Shown one piece after another: positions 51,651 through 64,000 of a DNA stretch of 64,000 nt (the first letter of the stretch is position 1; every line of letters starts with the position of its first letter). A program made the position numbers and the translations under genes. The stretch is from a virus. Taxonomy: Duplodnaviria > Heunggongvirae > Uroviricota > Caudoviricetes. The notes beneath the pieces are model-generated. The model did not search any database. It saw only the letters and a program-made list of their open reading frames with translations, and was not told the DNA's origin. The stretch spans positions 90,827 through 154,826 of the IMG/VR virus record IMGVR_UViG_3300022719_000284; one strand, written 5' to 3'.

Positions 51651-52412
51651 CTAGCTCACAACTTGATTAGCTCTCGCAGCAGCTACTTGCTCTGGATCTT
51701 CCGGCTGCTCTTCGTCGTTAGCTACAATATCTGGATCCACTGTTGCGTTCTGTGCAGCCAAAATCTGGAAGGCAAAACGCTTTAGTGGTCCGTCATTCTC
51801 TGCTTGAGATATAATGTAGGTAAGATCATGACTAGTTAATTCATTTTCCATAATTCGGAATTCGCCAACAGCTTCTCTCTCAGAAAGATCCTTTGATTCA
51901 ACTCTCAAAAGAGTTGCCTTAACTCGATTATTAACCGGGTCTGTCTGATGTCCCTCAGGGGGACCCATAGGATTGTTAACATTAGCTTCGCTAGTGTACT
52001 GAGATTCCATCTGTAGAACTCTTTCACTTGCTTCAGCTCTGTTAGAGAAGTCAGAAAGATTTAGACGCTCCTGCTCTTCATTACCTTCCGGGGTATTCAA
52101 AATCCTTTGAGCTTCAGAAGGATCAACTAATTGAATAACACCCTTAGAAAGGAACTGTCTAAGATCGTTGCTATCTCGAATAATAGCAGGGGACAAAGTA
52201 TCTGTCAGACATATTGGAATCCAAGTTCGTGGGATAGGACGAGGAACAGCTTTCCCGTTTGGGGTTACGAAAGTAAGAACAATGTGACCCATAGGGCGAG
52301 ATGTGTTCTTTACATATACTTTCTTCCCATTGTTTAATAGATCATCAAGATCAGGTTTAGACATTTTATTACTCCTTAATGTCGGCATGCAAAGCTTTAA
52401 AACAAAACTCAA
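51651..52412 (-). CDS. hypothetical protein (253 aa)
   Basis: ORF; acidic C-terminus. Confidence 0.4.
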   Translation of the reverse strand: MSFVLKLCMPTLRSNKMSKPDLDDLLNNGKKVYVKNTSRPMGHIVLTFVTPNGKAVPRPIPRTWIPICLTDTLSPAIIRDSNDLRQFLSKGVIQLVDPSEAQRILNTPEGNEEQERLNLSDFSNRAEASERVLQMESQYTSEANVNNPMGPPEGHQTDPVNNRVKATLLRVESKDLSEREAVGEFRIMENELTSHDLTYIISQAENDGPLKRFAFQILAAQNATVDPDIVANDEEQPEDPEQVAAARANQVVS

Positions 52413-53004
52413 ATACCGATCGGTTGGTCAATTTAACAAGCGATCCGCTTCTTCTATCGCGCTTAACTAAGGTTGTTAGACCTTTTAACAACTGTACTTT
52501 TGTTAGTTCGTTCCAGACCCATAATAGATCCAATTCTTCATGCGCTAACCCCAAAGAACTTGGGACATCTGGAATAGTTACTTTGTCAAGAAGGCTACGA
52601 GCCCTAAAAAGTGGTAAACCAAAAAGCTCAATTTGAATTTCCTTCTCTGGAAAATGAAAAACTTTTGTGATTGAAGATTTAGGCATAAAAGGTATACTGT
52701 CTAAAGCTTTCTTGGATACTGGTTCAAGGTTCGTGATTAGTATATTCTGCGGATCACCGTCAATAACGTTAACACCATCAGAAGGCGAACCCGTATAAAC
52801 ACATTTCTTTTCATTTCCTCTATGAAAATGGTCCACAATCTCAGACAAATCTATGGACTTAGGCTTCCCATCGCTACCGACCAATTTAGGGTAACTGGGG
52901 CTTAAGTACCCTGCTGGGATTCCGTTAATGGTTTTTCGTCCCTCATCGCTTTCTGACGGGTCGAATATAACGGAATCTAGGTTCATTTTAACAGTTTCTA
53001 ACAT
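52369..53004 (-). CDS. hypothetical protein (211 aa)
   Basis: ORF; overlaps the downstream gene by 44 nt. Confidence 0.4.
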   Translation of the reverse strand: MLETVKMNLDSVIFDPSESDEGRKTINGIPAGYLSPSYPKLVGSDGKPKSIDLSEIVDHFHRGNEKKCVYTGSPSDGVNVIDGDPQNILITNLEPVSKKALDSIPFMPKSSITKVFHFPEKEIQIELFGLPLFRARSLLDKVTIPDVPSSLGLAHEELDLLWVWNELTKVQLLKGLTTLVKRDRRSGSLVKLTNRSVFEFCFKALHADIKE

Positions 53005-53074
53005 AACAAAATTTCCTATAATTTGAGATTCTATAACTTATTGAAAAGATTAAACAATTTCAAACTACAACCAA

Positions 53075-55921
53075 TTACGAAAGCTCTTCTTTAACCTTTT
53101 TCCAAACTACATCAACAGTATTAGCAGCCATACAGCTATTCAAAGTGTTTTTAGGATAGTCTTCTTGTGGAAGTGTAGTAGTTTCGTGAGAAACTAAATA
53201 AGGGCATGGAGGTTTGGGGTGAGCCGACATACTATTGTATTCTCGATAGCATGGTTGGCATTCCTTAGTAGGACCTTCATTGCCCATATTTCTAAACCAC
53301 GTAGAACCATTAACTAAATTGATATTTTGATCATACCCAGATCCACAAGGATGAGTAGATCCCCATACGATAATTGATCTCTTTCCCACAGCTTGAGAAG
53401 TATGGTTAAAAACAGAATCTCCTCCGATAAACAAAGCAGAGAATTTCTGTACAGCCGCAGCATGTTTAATTGATGGTGTATTTAACTTTATAGCACCAGG
53501 GATAGGTTTTTCGTTTTCCGACCCAATTTGTACAACTTCATAACCAAGTTCTTCTTTAATTTTTTGGACTAAGGACTCATACCAATTAAAGGGCCAATTC
53601 TTGAGAGGAGACCATCCCGCTGTAGTGTGTATAACTACCTTACCAGAGCCATGATTAGCTCCGTAATCAAGATGTTCTTGTGTCAATCCTATGCTGAGAT
53701 CCATAGAGGCAGCAACTCCAGCTTGCTCACAAAAGAAGGCAGCCAAGTGTTGTCTCATGGGTGCATCAGGATAACCCTGATGCATAGGGTACTGAAAAAG
53801 GACACTCTTTTCTGGGTTTTCCAGCTCCTGTGTAGCCTCCATTATTTTTTGATAATTATTCTCCGGTATAGCTACTACCTCATCTACAAATGGATTGTTT
53901 GAAATAGCATCCACAGAAGAAGGATGACAGATATATCGTACAAAATACCCCTGTTCTTTTAGACCTTTACAGGCAGCAGTAGACATGATAATGTCCCCCA
54001 GAGCACCAGGGCGACATACTTGTACAATTTTATTGTTAGGTTTTGGGGGTGTATTTGAGCCAGGAAACCTTAGGGCTCTTAGTTGGGCCAATCTAGATTC
54101 CCAAGATTTATCTGGGGCACCTATTTTTTCTGCCGCAAGTTCTCCATATGAAATGGCCTTTTCTATGTCCCCCAAATGCTCCCAACACCAACTGATCAAA
54201 CGCCAAGGCTGATCTTTATAGGCTCCAGTGTTCAAAAACATCAAAGTATTAGGTAGAGGGTTAGAGGCTGCATGTACAGCCCACGAAATTGCTTGCTTAA
54301 ACTTGTCTAAATCTCCGCTTTGTCTTCCTTCCTCGTATTTCATTCTAGCAATAGCCATGTATGGCTCGGCCCAATGGGAATTGGTTGCTATAGCTTGACA
54401 GAAGGCCCTGAAAGCTTGATCTTTTTGGTTTAAACTATGATGACAAAAGCCCTTATACATCCATGCCCAGAATCTTTCATCGTGCCATCCAAGATTTTTT
54501 ATAAGATATCTATCGTATCTTTCTAAGGCTTCTTCGTGGCGCCCAGACTCTCTTAACCCATTCCCAAGATAGAACAAGGTTCTACCTTCTCCATCGAACT
54601 CACCTGGGCATAGAGGGCAAGGTTGAGGCCCCTCGGCCTCGGCTTCTAATAGAATTTCAATATTTCTAGTCGAAGCATCTTTAGGTTTGGGTAAATGTGT
54701 TAACGTAATATCATCACATTTCAACTTCAGTGGACCATAACCGCCCAATTGAACATATTCATGACATTTATCGTGAAAGTGCGGTTTAAACACATTTCCA
54801 CGCCCATCATCTATAGACTCATTTTTCCATAATCTTAAATGGAAAAAAGTATCGCCACCGTATATTAGCCGCCAATCTTGAGGATTGTTTGGAAATTCTT
54901 CTAAAAGAGAAAGGATTTTCTCTGGAGAATCTGGAGAAAGAACATCATCGCAGTCCATCCAGGCAACATGGGTTCCTTCGCATGCCGTAATAGCTTCATT
55001 TTTAGCTCTAGCAAAGTTATTATCCCAATAACCATCTATAATTTTTGTACGAATGCCTGTTCTATTTCCAAATTCTTTGATTATTTTTGAAGTTCTATCT
55101 GTAGAGTTGTTAAGATAAACTACTACTTCCCAAGCTAAAGGAGCAATGCTGTTTAACATTCTACCAATAACTTCTTCTTCGTTACAAGAAATGACAGCAA
55201 AAGAAATTCTAATATCCTCTGCTAATCTTAACTGCCAATCTATTTGGCCAAGTTCTGACTGTTCCCATTCGTCAAAAACTCTAAATCCTTCTTTCTTGCA
55301 TAAGAGCTTAAAGGAATCCTTAGAAAATATGATGGGATGTACTTGATAATGTTCGTCTGTTAGATGAATAGGTAGACCCCTAGCCCCGACAACAGGAGTT
55401 CTAATATATACTACTCCCTTTTCTGTCAGAAGACTTTTTATCTTCTTCATCGCTTGCACAGGGTCAGAGAAATGCTCAATACAGTGAACCAAAGTTATCA
55501 AGTCAAACTTTTGGTCACCAAAATCATGTTCGAGAAAGTTTCCGACAACCATCGGAACGCCAAGCTCTTCCCCGTAAAATTCTGCCTCATCGCATCCATC
55601 TATACCTAGCTGAGTATCCACTCCTAAATCCTTGAAACATTTAAGGAAATAAGGATACTTTGATCCTATGTCTAGGACGCTTTTAGGTTTGTGATGCCAT
55701 GTTAATCGCTCTGCTAAATCTTTATTCAGTAGCTTAGCAATATCGTTCATAGCTTCACGGCCAGAGGATGGCTGAAGCTCAGATTCCCACATAAAGTTAG
55801 GAGGGGGGAATTGAGACCAAAGTCCACAATTATTGCAAGATAAGTAAGGAGTTCGACCAATACCGGGGACTTCAGTAGAAGTGAAATCTACACCCCCACA
55901 GACGGGACAAATGCTCTGCAT
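53075..55921 (-). CDS. multidomain modification enzyme (948 aa): Zn-ribbon, class-I SAM methyltransferase, GT2 (GT-A) glycosyltransferase, TPR repeats, GT9-like domain
   Basis: 'CPVCGG...CNNCG'. MTase motif I 'VLDIGSKYP' and 'DLITLVHCIEH'. GT2 'ISFAVISCNEEE...DCDDVLSP'. TPR-like helices. C-terminal 'IVQVCRPGALGDIIMSTAACKGL' is a GT9 signature. Confidence 0.65.
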   Translation of the reverse strand: MQSICPVCGGVDFTSTEVPGIGRTPYLSCNNCGLWSQFPPPNFMWESELQPSSGREAMNDIAKLLNKDLAERLTWHHKPKSVLDIGSKYPYFLKCFKDLGVDTQLGIDGCDEAEFYGEELGVPMVVGNFLEHDFGDQKFDLITLVHCIEHFSDPVQAMKKIKSLLTEKGVVYIRTPVVGARGLPIHLTDEHYQVHPIIFSKDSFKLLCKKEGFRVFDEWEQSELGQIDWQLRLAEDIRISFAVISCNEEEVIGRMLNSIAPLAWEVVVYLNNSTDRTSKIIKEFGNRTGIRTKIIDGYWDNNFARAKNEAITACEGTHVAWMDCDDVLSPDSPEKILSLLEEFPNNPQDWRLIYGGDTFFHLRLWKNESIDDGRGNVFKPHFHDKCHEYVQLGGYGPLKLKCDDITLTHLPKPKDASTRNIEILLEAEAEGPQPCPLCPGEFDGEGRTLFYLGNGLRESGRHEEALERYDRYLIKNLGWHDERFWAWMYKGFCHHSLNQKDQAFRAFCQAIATNSHWAEPYMAIARMKYEEGRQSGDLDKFKQAISWAVHAASNPLPNTLMFLNTGAYKDQPWRLISWCWEHLGDIEKAISYGELAAEKIGAPDKSWESRLAQLRALRFPGSNTPPKPNNKIVQVCRPGALGDIIMSTAACKGLKEQGYFVRYICHPSSVDAISNNPFVDEVVAIPENNYQKIMEATQELENPEKSVLFQYPMHQGYPDAPMRQHLAAFFCEQAGVAASMDLSIGLTQEHLDYGANHGSGKVVIHTTAGWSPLKNWPFNWYESLVQKIKEELGYEVVQIGSENEKPIPGAIKLNTPSIKHAAAVQKFSALFIGGDSVFNHTSQAVGKRSIIVWGSTHPCGSGYDQNINLVNGSTWFRNMGNEGPTKECQPCYREYNSMSAHPKPPCPYLVSHETTTLPQEDYPKNTLNSCMAANTVDVVWKKVKEELS

Positions 55922-55947
55922 GGAGAGTCTTTAGTGTAGCAGACATA

Positions 55948-56490
55948 CTAAGGAGCGGTGTACGAGGCAATGTCTCCTGCGTCCATTACACTGCCTGATT
56001 CATCTCTCACTTCTATGATACCCCGTGTTATCAAATCCTGTAGATGGGTAATAAATCCATTCCCTACGGTTTCAGATAGAGCTTGCTCAAAAAGATCCTC
56101 TTGCAGCTCTATAGGTGCTATTCCCACATTTAACCCATAAGCTGGGTTAAATTCTATTCTCCCAGGAACGAAAGTATCACCCCTAATAACAGTAGATCCA
56201 CTAGTTGGGGCTATGTGAACAATGATTTGATTTTTTTCTTCTGAAGTAGACGAAGGTGCAGCAGCTCCTGTAGACCCATCTTCTGCAATATTTGTTCTGT
56301 GAGTCAAAGGAGAAGCACTAGCGATGAATCCAGGGCCAGGAGCAAAGGTACTTCCCGGAGGGTTGTTAAAGCTAGGCACCTGAGGTGGCTGTAGCGGAAA
56401 AGCGTATGGGGGATTAGGTCTGGTTTGAAATCCCGCTAACGGGCCTCCAGCATTAAAAGCATCGGGATGTATTCTAATAGAAATAGGCAT
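55948..56490 (-). CDS. Pro-rich hypothetical protein (180 aa)
   Basis: ORF; 'PNPPYAFPLQPPQVPSFNNPPGS'. Confidence 0.4.
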   Translation of the reverse strand: MPISIRIHPDAFNAGGPLAGFQTRPNPPYAFPLQPPQVPSFNNPPGSTFAPGPGFIASASPLTHRTNIAEDGSTGAAAPSSTSEEKNQIIVHIAPTSGSTVIRGDTFVPGRIEFNPAYGLNVGIAPIELQEDLFEQALSETVGNGFITHLQDLITRGIIEVRDESGSVMDAGDIASYTAP

Positions 56491-56518
56491 TTTCTTCTCC
56501 TAACCAAATATAAGACTA

Positions 56519-58393
56519 TTACGAATCTATACCAAAATCTACAACCAAAATTTGCCCCTCGTTAAACTGAACGCCAGGATCAATTTCACGAGCCTGGATG
56601 GCAATTTCATGTGATTGATTGTTATCTAAAGATCCCATCCAGAAACATATGGAAGAATCGTTTTGTGTCGCTAAAGCATCTTTATTACCAGCTCCAGCTC
56701 CTAAGACTCCTAAGGTTAAAGCACTTCCTGTTGGGTTCAATCTAATTCTTTGTTCGTAACTCCAAGCACCATCAGCGTCTGCTTGGTAATTTCCTTGAAT
56801 TAAAATCAAAATAGTAGAAGTTGTTAGATTTGGTCTGGATACAAGATTGTTGAAATTTATAGAAAATACAGTGGAAAATGAACTACTCAATAGAAGGTTG
56901 GAAGTAGTTGATTGTAACACAAATCCATTTACTACACGGGGTGTACCATCCGTACTTAATACACTTGATACTTGTGACGCCCAATTTAAAGCGTCTGCTC
57001 CCCCTATATCATGTCGCGAAGCATGAGCATGAATATCCATGTCATCAGCAGAATTCTTTTGGAACCTAGTATTAGGATCTAGATCCACTTTTCTATTAGG
57101 GCGGAACGTAATTGAAGGACCACCATCTGGAACATGCTGAAGGAAAAAAGAGTTATCCGGTGGCTTACAAAGAAGCCATTGATCAAACCCCCTATCTGAG
57201 AACACCATATGAGAATGCTGTGGTGCAGAAAATCCGCTATCAAGTGTCAGGGTTGTGTCATTATCGGCATTGTTATCCACCCTTAACTCATCGCCTTGAA
57301 CTCTCGCTCCCCCAATAACGTGAAGTCTCTGCGCTGGGGAATTGGTTCCTATACCAACATTTCCTGAGCCCTGAATAAACAAGGAAGAGGTAGGAGCATT
57401 TCCTTGAACCGTTATTGGGGTATTTCCAGTAACCTGATTAGATATAGAGAAAACACCAGCAGAACTTTTTCCAACTCTCCATACTGGGGTTCCTCTATCA
57501 GCAAAATCTATCATACTTTGCTGAGCAGTAGTGTCTCCAGAATTTATTTCAATTATTAGTGCCGAGTTAACGGAATTTTCAAAAGTTCTACTACCATCAA
57601 CTAGCACATAATGGAGATGGTCATCATCCCCTAAACCACTTAGTTGGTCGTGTACTGAAACGGGCCCAGTGGGACCAGTGGGTCCGGTAGTACCGGCTCC
57701 GGTGGCCCCCGTAGGCCCACCAGCGGGGCCCACAGAACCGGTTTCTCCCTGCTTTCCAGTCTCCCCTTGCTGGCCTTGATTACCAGTTACACCCTGAATT
57801 CCTTGATTTCCTTGGGGCCCTTGAGGCCCTGTTATTCCAGTTGAACCTGGTACACCTTGAGGTCCTGTTGGGCCTGTCCCCCCAGTAGCGCCACTAGTAG
57901 CACCTGTAGGGCCAGTTATCCCTATTCCTGTTGGACCAATAGAACCTGTTAAACCAACACCTCCCTGAGACCCTGTTGGGCCGGAATTACCTTTAACACC
58001 TTGAATCCCAGTTGGTCCTGTGCTACCCTTAGGTCCTGTTAATCCTATTCCTTGGGGACCGGGAGCACCAGTTACCCCTGTTGGACCTGTTATAGATTTA
58101 CCTTGGATACCAAGGGGACCTTGAGGCCCCTGTAAACCAGTGGGTCCTGTAGAACCTTTAAGACCAACCCCTCCTGTTGGTCCAGTAGAACCAGTAGAAC
58201 CAGTAGAACCGCTTGGACCTGGAACAGCTACAGGAGTAATACCAGTAGGACCAGTAGGGCCAGTAGGACCAACGCCAATAGGCGCTGTTGCACCCTGAGG
58301 CCCAGCAGGCCCAGTTATCCCTGTACCGGTGGAGCCAGTTTCCCCAGTGGGTCCGGTAGGTCCTGTGAATCCTGTAGGTCCAATTTGAGACAT
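56519..58393 (-). CDS. collagen-like fibre protein (624 aa)
   Basis: N-terminal Gly-X-Thr/Pro/Gln tract of about 240 aa (nt about 57665..58385), followed by '[15 protein letters not shown]' and a beta-rich C-terminal domain. Confidence 0.8.
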   Translation of the reverse strand: MSQIGPTGFTGPTGPTGETGSTGTGITGPAGPQGATAPIGVGPTGPTGPTGITPVAVPGPSGSTGSTGSTGPTGGVGLKGSTGPTGLQGPQGPLGIQGKSITGPTGVTGAPGPQGIGLTGPKGSTGPTGIQGVKGNSGPTGSQGGVGLTGSIGPTGIGITGPTGATSGATGGTGPTGPQGVPGSTGITGPQGPQGNQGIQGVTGNQGQQGETGKQGETGSVGPAGGPTGATGAGTTGPTGPTGPVSVHDQLSGLGDDDHLHYVLVDGSRTFENSVNSALIIEINSGDTTAQQSMIDFADRGTPVWRVGKSSAGVFSISNQVTGNTPITVQGNAPTSSLFIQGSGNVGIGTNSPAQRLHVIGGARVQGDELRVDNNADNDTTLTLDSGFSAPQHSHMVFSDRGFDQWLLCKPPDNSFFLQHVPDGGPSITFRPNRKVDLDPNTRFQKNSADDMDIHAHASRHDIGGADALNWASQVSSVLSTDGTPRVVNGFVLQSTTSNLLLSSSFSTVFSINFNNLVSRPNLTTSTILILIQGNYQADADGAWSYEQRIRLNPTGSALTLGVLGAGAGNKDALATQNDSSICFWMGSLDNNQSHEIAIQAREIDPGVQFNEGQILVVDFGIDS

Positions 58394-58421
58394 TTATAAT
58401 TTCCTCTAGGAAAGTATAATC

Positions 58422-60682
<2,261 letters not shown>

Positions 60683-60683
<1 letters not shown>

Positions 60684-61015
60684 TAGTTACCTTCTCTCGC
60701 TTCTCTAACATCCCAAGCTGCAACATTCTGGATTACCTCTACCTTGAACCCAAATAAAGCTGATACTGCATAACAATGAGCTAGAAATTGCTTAGTATTT
60801 AACCAAGGCTGTTTAGGAACAGAAAAAGCTTCTTTAGAATGTCTAAGCATGTTAGTTGGACCGCTAACAATTACACTAGGTCTGATAGGGTGGGCGTCAG
60901 CAGTCCTGAGTGCTGATCCAAGATTACCTACTACTTCGCTAACTCTAGTAGCTTTAACAGGCAGGTGTACAACAACCATGTACCGTTTTGATGGTTCCAT
61001 TAGTAAATATTCCAT
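60683..61015 (-). CDS. hypothetical protein (110 aa)
   Basis: ATGA-coupled ORF. Confidence 0.35.
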
Positions 61016-61040
61016 TTACTAGTTAAGTTAATAACTCTTA

Positions 61041-64000
<2,960 letters not shown>

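Overview
This window reads as a large tailed-phage (or prophage) genome segment organised as two convergent blocks that meet at about 31.69 kb.

Plus-strand block (1-31.7 kb):
- A tail-fibre cluster. It holds two tandem paralogous ~930-aa fibre genes (one ending in a phage tail-collar-type domain), P2 gpH-like fibre N-termini, and a 1189-aa structural protein with a short collagen-like segment.
- A replication and nucleotide-metabolism module. It holds a family-A DNA polymerase with an N-terminal UDG-family-4-like domain, a nucleoside 2-deoxyribosyltransferase-like protein, flavin-dependent thymidylate synthase ThyX, a DUF1508/YegP-like protein, and a Pif1-family helicase.
- An accessory island. 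It holds a secreted low-complexity protein, an OmpA-like peptidoglycan-binding protein, two paralogous GT9(heptosyltransferase)-like enzymes (one fused to a SAM methyltransferase), a 2OG-Fe(II) oxygenase, and a vWA protein.
- A Zn-ribbon/calcineurin-like metallophosphoesterase interrupted by an intein, followed by a small lipoprotein.

Minus-strand block (31.7-64 kb):
- An SPFH/band-7 protein and an HNH endonuclease.
- A myovirus-like tail module with a putative 828-aa tape measure protein, a tube candidate, and a 1043-aa sheath candidate.
- Four very large collagen-like (Gly-X-Thr/Pro) fibre proteins. One carries a perfect 18x 9-bp tandem repeat, one a tail-collar domain, and one a ConA-like jelly-roll domain.
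- A 2H phosphoesterase plus HTH regulator pair.
- A 948-aa multidomain Zn-ribbon-MTase-GT2-TPR-GT9 enzyme.

The strongest candidate for an undescribed system is a virion-fibre post-translational modification toolkit acting on the collagen-like fibres: the 2OG oxygenase, the GT9-like paralogs and the giant multidomain glycosyltransferase. Other notable elements are the intein-split phosphoesterase, the candidate anti-signalling 2H enzyme, and a repeat-flanked SPFH/lipoprotein moron.

No rRNA, CRISPR array or integrase was recognised, and tRNAs could not be assessed by eye.
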